NCBI GenBank assembly: GCA_012026655.1
Contig: JAAILG010001668.1
Location: 1 to 63,250, forward strand
Reading direction: 5' to 3'
Source of the DNA: Hydrolagus affinis
Taxonomy: Eukaryota
Length of the DNA stretch: 63,250 nucleotides
The position numbers were made by a program, and so were the translations under genes. The notes below the pieces were generated by a model that saw nothing but the letters and a program-made list of their open reading frames with translations, searched no databases and had not been told where the DNA came from. Shown here one piece after another: positions 38,954-51,998 of this stretch (position 1 is its first letter; the number at the start of each line of letters is the position of its first letter).

Positions 38954-39766
38954 CTAAAACACAAATGGAAATAACAATTTAAAGTTTACGCTTGTTTGTC
39001 TCATCAACTGGTGTTAAGATAAGTGAAATATTGTATAAGAAGTGGAATTCAGTATTTGACAACAAACTTTACAATATATATGTCTAATTACTTTTTTATT
39101 TGGAGTCAAAGAGCTAAATTCAGTGATTTATATGTTGAAGAAATAATATTGAAGAATAATATTGGTAATAGTACCAAAATGAGTCAGTGAGATAATTCCT
39201 CACACAGACAAAGTTTGATGAGATGCAAGTCCTTTGCATTTAGATGGCGAGAGCACAAGCAGCTCATGAGATATTGTTGAATACTTTATCAGAACCTTAA
39301 ATGGGGAATGGTAAGACCACTTGCTAAAAAAATTTAACAACAACAAAATTACATTTGGATAGCGCTTTTCACGTCAGGAGGACATCGAATTTTAAACTCA
39401 GAAAGTTATCTTAAATAAGAAATAAAATAGAGCATTGGGTGAACTGGAGCTGACTAGTCATTTACTGATCACGCCTCGGGACGTCTTCTCGACGTGAAAG
39501 GCGCAATATAAATGTAAGCTTTGATTGATTGATAAGAAAGAGCTTCAACAAGAAACTGAGGATCGGGTTCAGATAAAATACAGAGAGAGATAAAATAATT
39601 GAAACTAGAGGGATAAACATACCAATATTGTATTGCTCTCACCTATATTGTACAAACCGTGGAAACTAAATAGCAGATTGCAGTCCTGTTATAGTTATAT
39701 AGTTTCATTAACATGTTTGCAATGGTTATTAATGTTGGTAAAAATAAATGTTTGGGGTGAATATAC

Positions 39767-39896
39767 CATAATGATTGATGCTGTTTATCAATCTGACTCC
39801 TACTTGGGCATGGTTATTGGTCATCAGAACAATGTCAAACAACTCTTCACTGCCAGGATAAAGTTCATGTAGTCGAGAATTAACGGCTTCCATTGC
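39767..39896 (-). CDS. NT5C1 gene B exon 3
   Basis: ccAG|[44 protein letters not shown]|GTatat; 130 nt. Confidence 0.93.
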
Positions 39897-40033
39897 CTGG
39901 AAGGAAAGCATACGTTGCATTTCTATTAAGACAATTATAATTAATTCAGGCCTTTGTAGCTTAAGATATGTACGAAGCCATCCACCCCCCTCCCCAACAA
40001 AAAAAACAATTGCACAATGAACTGAAGAATAAT

Positions 40034-40380
40034 AAATTATAATAATAACCGCAGTGTATTTGATATAGTGCCTTATAAAGTGTTCTGGATGTACCAAAGC
40101 TCTTCATGGGATGGACTGTGAAGTGAATTGACTGTATGTTTTTGTGGGCGAAACACAAGGCAGTGTCCCAAGGACAGTCATGGATTAAGTGATCAAATTA
40201 TTCTTATTTATTTTTAAGGGATGATTACCCCTGGAAAAGCAATCCACCAATTGACTAAAACTAGGATCCTCTAGGTAACAGAGGCACGAGGAGTAAAGAA
40301 ATTAGTCCAACATTTCACACAGCCCAGGAATTGAACCCAACTCTCTCATTTTCGAGGCAAGTGATCTAACCACTGAGCAA
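40034..40380 (-). mobile_element. tRNA-derived SINE
   Basis: Same family, reverse orientation. Confidence 0.8.
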
Positions 40381-40816
40381 CAAAAATTATGCAAAAATAA
40401 ATACATTTCCTTGCATTCAACGCTAACGCAAAGCACTTCTAAGGTAATTACTGTAGTATCAATCATAGTGACCATGTACAGTATTTTTAGGCAAAATAAA
40501 TGTTGTCTGTTTGTCTAGGTTTGTGTCTGTGACTGAATATCTTTCCTTAATATCATAGATCCAGAAACTCAAGACTCAACATTGGCCGGGAAAAAAAGCA
40601 CAGATTTGAACATTGTAGTTTTGCACATGTATGTATCTTGCACGAAAATAAATGAGAGGAAGTTTTATTTGAACCGATCCTAAAATCAATAGTTGTTTAA
40701 AAACAAATCCTGATGTGGAAGCGATAATTCAGAAGTTGTGTGTGTGGCCTCTGTGTAACAGGTAAAAACCAACCTAGATGACAGAGCAAACAGTGAGGCT
40801 GAATGCTGACCCCTAC

Positions 40817-40984
40817 CTTGAGCAAAGGGAACCCATGTCCCTTCTTGAGTGGCTCATTTTCGTGATCCTGCTGGTATTTCACATAACACTCCAAGCCTTC
40901 CGCCTCGAAGATCGCCCTCTCATCGGTCATGTTGAAGAGCGTCCGTGAGGACACAGCCACGGTGATGGCATGCTGAGCTTTGGG
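40817..40984 (-). CDS. NT5C1 gene B exon 2
   Basis: tttcAG|PKAQHAITVAVSSRTLFNMTDERAIFEAEGLECYVKYQQDHENEPLKKGHGFPLLK|GTaggg; 168 nt as in gene A. Confidence 0.93.
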
Positions 40985-41129
40985 CTGAAAACAACCATTT
41001 AGTCTCCTCTCTCACTCAAATTGACAGGCGCTAGCTATGCACAAACTTACCTTTCCTGTAAATTTCTGGATCACCTTATAGACACACAGGCATTTTGGGG
41101 GGAAAATGACAACACACAGATGTACTCAC

Positions 41130-41291
41130 AACTCTGCTTTTCTTCTTGGCTGAGGATGGTCTTTCTGGAAGTGGATTGTGACACAAATCCTGGTCATCCA
41201 TAGTGTAGAGCCCACAATCGCTCATCTCAGCTGCGTTCCACTCCTTCCCGGAGACTTGGCTTTGAACGGCTGGCAATTTATTGCAATGGAC
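41130..41291 (-). CDS. NT5C1 gene B N-terminal exon (equivalent of gene A exon 1)
   Basis: ctttgcAG|VHCNKLPAVQ...EMSDCGLYTMDDQDLCHNPLPERPSSAKKKSRV|GTGAGT; internal ATG (MSD) at 41225; basic end and short following intron mirror gene A exon 1. Confidence 0.7.
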
Positions 41292-42319
41292 CTGCAAAGA
41301 ACAGGACTGTGTTGGGAGGGGGTTTGGGGAGATGTTACTGTGAGGGGTTTGGGGGTATTTTGCTGCCCGCCTCCCCCCCCCACCCCCACTTTCCTCCTAC
41401 CCTGCTCCTCCAAGTTGTTACCCGGGGGTAGTGTCACAAAGACCTACAGGTTGGTCATAGGTCAGTCCTGGGGTGTGAAAGACAATATTATCCCACTGCA
41501 AACACCAGAGCGAATAAAGATCCTTTCCTCTAGCCTGCTATCAGGGCGATACCAGGTTATTGGGTCCTCCCACTATTACATTAGTATTCTGATACTCCAG
41601 TTTCTTGTTTTAGACCCACTTATAATAATGATATAATAATAATCTGTGCATTTGACATAGCGACTTGTCATGTTGTTGAGATGTCACTTCAATGGATATA
41701 TTTAAGGTGCAGTGACTGCATTTTGTGGGCAAAATACAAGGGAGTTGTGAAGGACAAAAGGAGTCTGAGCAGTGTTGAAAAGAAAGGCAATCAGGAACAA
41801 AGCAGAGTTGAGGAATGAATGCTGGAATGTGAGACTGTTGTTCACTTTAGAGGAGAGAATGAATATTAGATTTGAACATACATTATTTGCAGAGGCATTG
41901 AACATCTTGGGTAGGGGGAGAATGAGATTTGAAGGAGAGATTTCCATACAGAGTATTAGTTTGGGACATAGAATTCAGAAAATGTTCATAGCACAGAAGT
42001 GTTGCTTTGTGTCAGTGTTGGTGATATCTCTATCCCAATACCCTCTAAAACTTGTAATGATATTTTTCCTCAAGCAGTTGCCTAATTTTTTTAAATTAAG
42101 TGCTGTTTTAGACTCAGTTTCATTTGACAACAAAAACCCTCCCAAGCTACTCCCTTCACTTTTCAGTCAAAGTGTCAAGGTAATAATACTGAAGTTTGTG
42201 CAATATCTGATCAAGATCTCTAGTTCCCTCTTCCACCACTTCCATCCATGCCCCCCACCTCCATATCTTCCAGTTTTATCCACTTTGACTTATTTTTCTA
42301 TTGCTCAGGGCCTTGGTTA

Positions 42320-42730
42320 GGGTGCAAAGGAGATTTACCCAAATAATACCGGGAATGAAGGACTTCAATTATGGGAGTCTGGGATTGTTCTCTTCAGAGC
42401 AGAGAAGGTTAAGGGGAGATTCAATAGAGGTCAAAATTATGAGGGGGTAAATAAAGAGAAACTGTTTATTCTGTGTTGGTAACCAGAGGACACAGATTTT
42501 GGATAATTGGCAAAAGAACCAGAGGAGAGAAAATGATATTTTGTTTTACCCAATATAGGCAATATTGATAGTACAATAGACAGTACTAGATAGTACAATC
42601 TTAATGGGGGTGTAGGAACAGAGGACTGGTGGGTGGGGGTTCATTTAAGTAAATCTTTGAAGGTGGCAGAAGTGGGACTGGTTGGATAGCTCCTTCAAAG
42701 AACCAGTACAGGGATAATGGGCTGAATGGT
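42320..42730 (+). mobile_element. CR1-type LINE 3' fragment
   Basis: ggattgttctcttcagagcagagaaggttaaggggagattcaatagagg encodes GLFSSEQRRLRGDSIE, the CR1 ORF2 LFSLEKRRLRGDLI motif. Confidence 0.7.
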
Positions 42731-43142
42731 TCCATAATACAGTGACTTTATGTTGGGAGAACGTCTGCAAAGCTATTCCCAGGATTTACTGTAAAGTGTA
42801 GTGACTGTATTATGTTAGGAGTTAATTTTAGCACAGCAAATATTCCTCAAGGAGACATGAAATGAGTAATCGATTTTATCTCGGGAATTGCTAGTCGGGA
42901 CACCGGGAAAAATTCCCTTTTCTCTTTGAATAGTACAATAGACGTCTCAAGGCCCATCATACCAAATCCAAGGATTATTATTAGAAGGTTTTTAATGTCC
43001 AATTGAGCAGGCCGCTGGCACAGTGGTTTAATATCTCATATGAGCGGTGGCACCTGGGACAATTTTTTATAATTTTAAATCTATTGTAGCCCTCCCCCCT
43101 AACCTAAAGTTATCAAAAACGTCAAATTAATCAGTTACTTAC

Positions 43143-43187
43143 CTCACTATTGGCCTTGAGATGATGCTGGCGCATATTAGCTTCCAT
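43143..43187 (-). CDS. Predicted first coding exon of NT5C1 gene B
   Basis: aaacATGG Kozak context; MEANMRQHHLKANSE then a consensus GAG|GTAAGT donor; phase 0 matches the acceptor at 41291. No homology support. Confidence 0.5.
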
Positions 43188-45179
43188 GTTTACCCAACAA
43201 AATAATCTCTAAATATGTTGACAGGATACGCTTCTTTGAGTTTAAGACAAGATTATTTGTTGTTACTTTATTCAAGATCATTATCCCTTTTCTGAATGAG
43301 TAGTTAAACTGAAGTCTTCATGTGGCTTGTGACTCAGACAGACATAAACATTTCTGTGCCACTATTTCAATTAAGGTTAGAGATTCTCCGATTGCCCTGG
43401 CTCACAACACTCCTTCATCCAAATTCATCCACAAGACCTCAGAGTAATTAGTTACTCATCTTATTGTTGCTTGTGAGACATTGCTGGTGAAAATAACATG
43501 CCACATGTCCTTACACGGCAGCATTCACTTAATTCCAAGCAGTTCTTGTTTTGCGAAACACTTCAAGATGTTCTTCCGTGTGCAGATGTAAAATGGTTTT
43601 GAAGTATCTGCTTATCTCCTTATCCTATGCTTCTGTTTGGGGACTCGACAGACAGTGTCCTCTCCTGCTCCTGTACCTTACTGTGTAATTGTTTGTTTTA
43701 CAATATCTACTCTACTGGCAACTTCCTTATGATGTCATAAAGAAACAGTGATCTTTACTCTTTTTTTAATCAGTGACTGTCCTCCTCAGAGGGGAGATGG
43801 CCAGGGTGTCGTTGGGGCTGAATTAAACACTCCAGACACTGTCGAAATATCTTATTAACACACGATGATGATAATAATAGTCTTTGCCTTTGATATAGCG
43901 TTTTATCACATCTGCGACACGCCTCAAAGAGCTTCGGAGAATATATTGTCAAGTGAATTGACTGTATATTTTGTGGGCAAAACCGCGGCAGCCAATTGGT
44001 TGTCCAGTGAAGATAACTTTAACCATTGTTTCCACTCTTCCTATTCTCTCTATCAGTCAAACAGTCGGCCATTAACTCAGTGTCGACACAGTGACTGACG
44101 CTGGCCACCTGAGTAACTTGTCTGGTTTAAGTGAAACCAGTCCTCAGTTGAAGGAAGAAAAGGAGTCAGTTGGTTTCTAAAGATGAGGAAAGCCGAGACA
44201 GCTTGACAGGGAAAAATGAGCTGTCGTAGCCGTATAAAATTTATTGAAGACTGTTTGAATTTTAGTTTGCAGTGGTGTCTTAACACCCAGGTTTTCGAAC
44301 AGCAAGTCACAAACAGTGGCTCCTGCCAATACTTGACATGAGTCACATCAACCAGTGATCTGTTTCCAATTGTATTGGTGCCTAGTTCCCATGCATCAGC
44401 GTGAGGTATATCTAGCTCCCAGCAGGAATCATTGTTGCAAAATGATTATATTTCCCTTCGTCCACCCCATCCCATGCAAAAAAAGAATCTTGTGATAGCG
44501 AAAGATGAAGAAAACAGGCAACAAACTCCATGTATGCTGAATGATATTGACCAGATGTTCATCTTGCAAGCAATGATCAGATAATACATATGGGGAGACA
44601 TTCCACTTGACTAGACTGACTCTATTTCTTAGTACGCCAAAGTGTACACCTTGGCAAATTGTAGAAATCTGTCTTCATTTTGTAGTTGTTTTCCTGTGGG
44701 TTTTGAAAGAGCAGAAAACTAGCTTCAAAGATAAAAGAATTGAGCTCCATCGTAACATGGGAGCTTGGATCCATAAAATCCCAAGGCGAGGTAGCCAGTG
44801 TTGCTGTGAGTTTGCTCCCTGTAAACTCGTTACTTCTTGCTAAATAACTTCCTGGTCACCAGATTGCCTCAGACATCACTTGCTGCGTTTTGCACAACCT
44901 GATAATCAGGAAGTGGGCCTTGTTTTTATATATAGTACCTTTTTTGGTCAGCAGGGTGTCTGACACACACAGAATACCACCCACACACTTAAGAGTAACC
45001 AAATCAAGCTGGTAATTCCATGCAGCTCACCAACACATGGAAATGGAATGACCACTCTCTCCTGGAGAGCTGCTTACCTAATTGCAAAATATATGGTGTA
45101 GGTTGGCAAGAGCCAAGGCTTGGGGATCTCAGTGATGTGTTGGGGGAACTGCTGGAGTCCAACCAGCAAAAAACACATA

Positions 45180-45690
45180 TCTTGCCTTTGACTGCCTGCC
45201 TGTCCAACATTGAGTCCTGGACGAGGGAGAACTTTCTCCAGCTGAACATCAGCAAGACTGAGGCCCGCCCAGCGACTCTCACATTGGGAGGACATCTCAA
45301 GGTGTTTGTGCTACAACAGCATCATCCTGCACCCTTGAAGGCCTCCCACAGTCTTGGCCCACACTACCACTGCAACCTCCTAACACCCTACCAACCTGTG
45401 CATTCTCTCTGCTCAGTGGGCTCCAGCCTGCTTCACCTCCCCCCAACCACCCACCCCACGATCGGTGGGAGAGCCTTCAGCTATTCTTACCACAACATTT
45501 GAAATTCCATCCCGCAATCCCTCCACCTCGCCCCTTCCCCGGCATCCTTCAAATCCTGCCTCAAGACCCTCCTCTTCGACCATACCATCGGTCACCCACC
45601 TTCCCTCCATGATCCTGACCCCAAATTGGGTCAGAACTAGTGACTGTCCGCCCAACGTGAAAGGCGCTGTACAAATGTAATTTTGTTGTT
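45180..45690 (+). mobile_element. L2 LINE 3' fragment
   Basis: CLSNIESWTRENFLQLNISKTE...HPTIGGRAFS; tail gtgaaaggcgctgtacaaatgtaattttgttgtt. Confidence 0.8.
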
Positions 45691-46986
45691 CACGGAGGAT
45701 AGTGCCTCAGAATGCTTACACAATTCATATAAGATTGAAACAATTCAACAGCATCAGAAGAATAAGCTTGGATGCAAAGCGACAGAAAAACTGCTGAATC
45801 ACGATGTTCCACAAGCCAGCTTTATTGAATTAGAAAAACATGAATTTATAAAATAATCTGAGAAATCAGTTCCAGTAAACAGACCATGCAAAAAAAATGT
45901 AAGTAGCTGCTAACCAATAGCAGTGTTTATATCTGTAAACCACAACAGTTCACAACATATATATCTTCTGAAAACCCATTCCACAAGTATTAAAACCAAG
46001 TGTTCCATCGAAACATGCTTCCAACAGGATTTAATTAAATGTTGCAAAGAAAGTGCTATAATGATACAGTACAGTAGATATAAATCATCTACACATACAC
46101 ACATTCTCTAAAAGGGCAAAGATATTGAACAAAGGTGCACAAAAACTCAACGTATACTGTATCATACTTGATTTTAAATACAGTGTATTCCACCCAGTTA
46201 TAAATAATCATTTGAAGGAGTCGTGTTATAATTGTTATTTAAGTTCATTCCATCTATAATTTATCGGGTGGGAGGGTAAGTGACAGTGGCGGTTGAGAGA
46301 TATTCTAGTCTCTACAAAATATCATCGCTAGTAATTCGGGTTAAAACTGTTCAAAACCATTTTGTAGAGCCCGACATCTCACACTGGGGTAGAGAGAATT
46401 ATTTTCACTCCCATCCGTCTGAGTTGGGGGTAAACCTCAGTCCAAGAAGTAGAAAGAACGATGTGCTAAAATATTGCAGTCTCTAGCAGATTGTTCTTTA
46501 AAAAATACTAATTTATTTGAAAAGGTTAAATATCTACATTCGTCAAAACAGGCTTTAGAAATCTGCCACTCTGAGTATCCTCAGAATAACACTGACTTTC
46601 ATAAGCAACTGTTTTAAAAGGTACAAATTGTGGTCATTGAAGTGAACAACAGTAAAATGTTAAAATGAGTTTCAAGGAATTTGCTTTAGTTACTAAATAA
46701 TCCCAAGTATTAAGAAATGATTTAAAAAAAAACGAAAGCACAGCAATTAGGCATACAAATCCCCCAAGACTGTTCACTCGCAAATGATGACAATAATAGA
46801 ATCAGTTGGAAAGTTTTTCAGTTTAAAACTTTCCGCAAATGCCTCGTGGGATAACACCGGACCACACATTTGAAATGATTGGTGGTTAGAATGTGTGCAA
46901 AATAAGCTGGTCTCAGCTGGGGCTAAACTAGCCTGGACATTCCCAAGATAGCACTCCCACTTCAGGGGAATCCTCATGATTAAATC

Positions 46987-47012
46987 TGTGTGTGTGTGTG
47001 TGTGTGTGTGTG
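46987..47012. repeat. (TG)n microsatellite
   Basis: About 13 perfect TG units. Confidence 0.9.
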
Positions 47013-47731
47013 GACATTAAACAAGGATAGGACTGAGCCCAAATGTGATGCTAGTAATCGCTAAATAAATTCTGACACACTATCATAATGCAATGAATGA
47101 CCACTTGCTGAAGCAACTGTAAGATCCAAGTGTGCACTGAACCTCAGCAAGCGCTCCAGCTTCCTAGGAGGCAAAGGGAAAACTAGCGATATGTGTATAT
47201 ATTTTTTAAAATTGTATATATAACTAAAAAAAATTGCAATACTGTATGGATGTATCACACTTTGATTCTTTAGTTTCACACTGACCCAAACTTTACCATA
47301 GACCAGAAAAAAAAAGTTCTAAAACACCTATGAAATATTCCTCGCCTGAAACCAATCATTGTGAACCATCTATCGGAGTGAGTCGCATGTGTGCACATCT
47401 CTTGACACACGATTAAAATTCAATTCTAAAGTGTTGCTTACTTCTTTGTAAAACTAAATGAACTCGTTTTGAGAATCAAGTGTTAAGATGATGGCACCAT
47501 GGACAGAAAGGAGAACATGGAATTTCAACACAGATAAAGTAGTTACGTAAATCTGGAATCATTACTTGCTCTTTTCCTGTACTTAAGATTGCACACAACA
47601 ACAACTTGCAATTATGTAGTGCCTGGTAGCATCTCAGAGCGCTTACTCAGTTGAGGCGTACTGACTCTTTCCACTATAATGTGCCTCCATAGATGAATAT
47701 GTCTGTGATATGTATAGAATGATGTATTATA

Positions 47732-48025
47732 CAGTGAAATCCTGTTAATTGAACACTCAGTCTGACAGCGAAAACTGTCAGATAAACCAAACCTTTCACA
47801 GAACCGGAATAAACGTAAGAGACTCAGCTGAAGTGAGAACCTCCGGCCACACCGGAAATGCTCTCCTCCACAAATAATTAATATATCCGGTATTCAATTA
47901 ACTGATCTACATTCTTAAACTAGGTGTGCAAACGATTTGGACATAATTTCTTTCATGATTTTTAAATTGTATTCAATAAACCATACTATTAAATTATCAA
48001 ATAATCAATTAATCAAATTTCACTG
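47732..48025. mobile_element. Tc1/mariner-pogo (Tigger-like) MITE
   Basis: TIRs CAGTGAAATCCTGTTAATTGA and (rc) CAGTGAAATTTGATTAATTGA; TA on the left flank, CA on the right. Confidence 0.65.
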
Positions 48026-48057
48026 CATAGATTCAAACATAACATGAACCTTTAGAG

Positions 48058-48848
48058 TAGGGTCTGTCGATATGGAAATTTTCCGATATCGATATATCGG
48101 TTGGCCCATATCGTTATATACCGATATATCGATATCGCGGGTATTTTTGTCCTGCGCATGCGCGTGTATTCGGGGGTGCGCACGCATTCCGGTGTGCACA
48201 CCACGCGCATTCGGATATCGACAAGGTAAGTTGAAAAAGTTCGCATTATACTGATATAACCGATATAACTGCTATATCGCTGGACATGATATACCAATAT
48301 TTGCAATATACCAATTTGTTTATATATAAAAAAATTTGATATACTGATATTTGAATTTCCAATATCGGCATATCAATATGAAAAATTATACCGATATAAC
48401 CGATATATCAATATATCGCCGGACACTAGTGTTACACACAGTATCCGGCGATATATCGGTTATATCGATATAATTTTTCATATCGATATGCCGATATTGG
48501 AATTTAAAATATATCAGTATATCGAAAAATTCGGCATCAAAAATAATATCGGTATATCGTAAATATTGGTATATCATGTCCGGCGATATATCGATATTTT
48601 GGTATTATCAGTATAATGCAAACTTTTTCAACTTACCTTGTCGCCGGCATTGCAAACCTCCTGGGCCTAGAGCACGGAATGCGCGCACACCCCCGAATGC
48701 GCGCGCACATCGGAACGCACGCGCACTCCCCGAATGCGCGCGCGCATGCGCAGTATAAAAAAACCCAAAAATATCGATATATCGGTATATATCGATATGA
48801 GCCCACTGATATATCCATATCGGAACATTTTCATATCGACGGACCCTA
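48058..48848. mobile_element. Palindromic, CpG-rich non-autonomous DNA transposon (hAT-like MITE)
   Basis: Termini TAGGGTCTGTCGATATGGAAA and (rc) TAGGGTCCGTCGATATGAAAA; the two halves are near inverted copies; many CGATAT/ATATCG motifs; no clear 8-bp TSD. Confidence 0.8.
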
Positions 48849-50869
48849 AGACACACATATACACAATTTGCCTTTAACACTATGGGCTCCAACCAATGGC
48901 TTAGACTTTAGAAATATGAACATATTTTGCTGGTGTAAACATCTAAATATTGCACTGCGTAACATGCACTGCACAACACGCCAATATGAATTATATTCTG
49001 TTATATTGTCAGGTAAAAAGAAAATCTCTGCAATATAATATCTAAAAAAAAGTCTTTGTTTAAATATGTAGAAATATACCTTAACCTGTAATATTTGTAA
49101 AACGTTCCAAAGAGTACAATCCGGGAGTTCTGTGAATTTATCACCAAACCCTAAGTTGTGCAACTCTACCCTGAACATATAGTCACTGTTTGTCAAGCAC
49201 TGCTCTGGCAGAAGAGTTCTGCATTTTAGGTACATCTTGCAATCCAATTTCAAGAAGGAGATGAGAAAAAAATCAGTTAGACATTTTGTAAAAATCTGAC
49301 ACAGCATTTCTATTGATAGTAAATTAACAGGGAACTGTGAAGAATGGCACTACAGAGTACCTAATTACGGTTTCCAAAGTTATGAATGGCTTTTTTAGGA
49401 TAAATAGAGAAAAAATAAATTCAATGATCGGTGAGAGCTGGTGAAAAGAGGACATTAATTTAGGATTATGAGCAGAAGTAAAAAAAAAAGTAACAGTTTG
49501 TTAGAACGTGGACATTTTACTTTAATGGCTATTGCAGCAAAGTCTGTAACGTTAGAAAGAGAATTGAGGGATTGCTTGAAAAAAATATTGAAGGACGTGA
49601 GGAAAGAGATGGGGAGGTAGCTACTGGCACAATGGGCCAAATTGCCTCCTTTTGTGCTGTAAATATTCTGTGATCAGAACACATTTGACCACATCTAGAG
49701 AATATTAACTGGTACAGTATATTATTCAGACTCAAACATTACTTAACCATAAGTGCACTATAGCTTATAATTTGTAAAGTTACTTTCCCCTACCTGGTAA
49801 ACTTAGATACCACAGTCAATACATTCCTTGCTTTCCCTTTCTAAGTGAAGTTCCTAATTTTAATGGTATTTCCTATCATTAAGTCAATATTGCGACATTC
49901 CTAAAAATATTCAGTTCCTTAATAGTTTAATACACTGTTACTCCTTTGTGTACACAATGTCAACGGTTAGTACATGTGCCAACAAGGGAAGCATAATTTA
50001 ATAGCGTATTAATACAGTTACCAATAAGTTTTCAAATAGGTTGATATTGTTTGTAAACCAGCTAGTGATCTGTACATTTAAAAGTGATTTTTTTGGTCTG
50101 GAGGAAATTTCCAGCTTTTTAATCACCATGAGTTGTTTTGTGTTGTGACTTGCATCAAGGGGACATAATACCAATTTTTTAAATTGGCCTATGAACCTCT
50201 GACTGACTGATTTTACTGCCTAACTGAATTAAGTTTCAATAGGTGCCAAATGGAATGAAAAGGATTAAGAAATTGGGGTATATTCTACATAGAGCCTTGG
50301 TATTATTGAAAGGTGTTATTCTACTCTAACCACCAGAGGCCTAGCATTACACAGGCCTTGGTCTTAAAACTATTGTATTAAAAATAAGATTTAAGAACAA
50401 TTTGGAAAAACATTTAAATTCTGTCTAAATCTGGAATTTGTTCAGTTCAACAGTGATTATTTCCTTGGAATTTGGCTAGGTTAAATTGAGAACGTTTTAA
50501 TGAAAGTCACAGTCCTCAGAAAATAATGTGAAAAGAACTGGCATATATTGTGAACTGCTTATAACTGAGGCAAATTATGAAACACGAAACAAGGCAACGG
50601 GAGGAGTTTTGGTGGCCACCAAAATCTAAATTATGCGAACTACTCGTTTACTTACCCCCAAACTAAATAACATAAAAGAGAAATAATCTGAGAATGGGAT
50701 TTTGAAGCGGGCAAAGGAGGAATTAAGCGTGCAAACATGAGCTGTGCAAAAGAAACCCTCATCTTTACGGATAAAGCCTTTATCCTATATTCAGTTGAAC
50801 AATAGCGATAAACATCTTGAAGGTGTGATACGCGTGGTGTGTTTGGTACTCAGTGTAGCATGTTTACTT

Positions 50870-51232
50870 CTATTTAGTCGGAGGGTCAGCTATGGGAGTG
50901 CTCTTGTTATATTTCTGCCCAATACCATACGGAACGTGTGCTGCGATGGTCCCCAGCTCCTGAGCTCCTGCAATGTGAAACATCTGGTCGTCAAAGAAAA
51001 TGTGAGGCCGGATTTTTTCTAAGAGTGGGCCTTTCGGGGCTCCAGCGAGGAAGAGCGCTTCGTCAATCTCCAGCCCCCAGCTCCGCAGGGTCTTCAACAC
51101 CCGAGCTCCAGAACTAGCGGCACTCCTCGCTGTGACAAGATAGGTCCGGATAGGACAATCCATACGTAAATCTTTGGCGTAGAACTTCCGCTGAAGTTTC
51201 CCAAGCGCTTCTAGAAAGCCTTTCAGTGGCCC
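50870..51232 (-). CDS. NT5C1B: NT5C1 gene A exon 6 (terminal; VTAR, GAPK and FFDD motifs)
   Basis: aatAG|[86 protein letters not shown]...PPTK-stop. The six exons total 1101 nt = 366 aa plus stop. Confidence 0.95.
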   Translation of the reverse strand, partial: GPLKGFLEALGKLQRKFYAKDLRMDCPIRTYLVTARSAASSGARVLKTLRSWGLEIDEALFLAGAPKGPLLEKIRPHIFFDDQMFHIAGAQELGTIAAHVPYGIGQKYNKSTPIADPPTK

Positions 51233-51813
51233 CTATTGGTGAAAAAAGAGAGCCAGTTATATCAGAAGTTGCTGCGGAGCTGCCTTTACATGTTAGTTAT
51301 CTTCAAACTCTCGCACAACTCGGCATAGACTCGATGGGCCAAATGGCCTCCTTTTGTGCCGTAGGATTCTATGGCTCCCATTGCTTGCGTCTCTCTGGCT
51401 AGCTTAAAACTGAACTGCACAAATTCAGAAAGAGCAAGGTTCAATCTGAGGTCTGGGCTGAACCCAATCTAGGCAGCAGCAGCATAACATCAGGGAAGAT
51501 CAGACAGGCCTCTGAGTCTGCAACTGTATACAGTGACCCCTTCTGTATAGTGTGATTCTCTTATTCCACCCCCACCCACCCACACAAACGCAAACACACA
51601 CATGAACACACTCTCACACACTCACACACACACACACGAACACACACAGTGTGAGCAGTGAACACTAATATTATTCTGCTATTTTGAACACAAAATATGC
51701 AGTCAATTCACGTGACAGTGTATTCTGTGAAGCACTTTCAGACATCTCAACGATGTGATAAGGCGCTGTATCGGATGCCGAGGATCGTTTGTATTAAACG
51801 TCACAGTCAGTAC

Positions 51814-51998
51814 CTGTGCAAGCGGCTTGTTTTCGTACTTCTGCTCATGTTCGAAAAAGGTATCCAAGCCATGAAGTTTCACAATCTGCTCAGACTCGTC
51901 AGAGAAGAGCACAGCATCGCCATCGAACGCCACCCTCAGCTGCTCATCTGAAAGGTCCTGGTCTTTCTTGGTCTGGAACATGGTCGCCGCCGCAATTT
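51814..51998 (-). CDS. NT5C1B: NT5C1 gene A exon 5 (HAD motif I, DGDAV)
   Basis: ctcAG|(E)[61 protein letters not shown]|GTactg; 185 nt. Confidence 0.95.

Noticed and set aside
41051-41074. Possible 24-nt micro-exon or alternative GTAAGT donor in gene B
   Set aside because: As a micro-exon its flanking introns would be only 55 and 66 nt; as an alternative donor it adds 79 nt and shifts the frame.
41772-42320. Longest ORF in the track (182 aa, + strand)
   Set aside because: Non-ATG start, no recognisable domain, antisense within a gene B intron and overlapping old repeat-like sequence.
48052-48892. Cluster of overlapping ORFs
   Set aside because: By-product of the palindromic low-complexity MITE.
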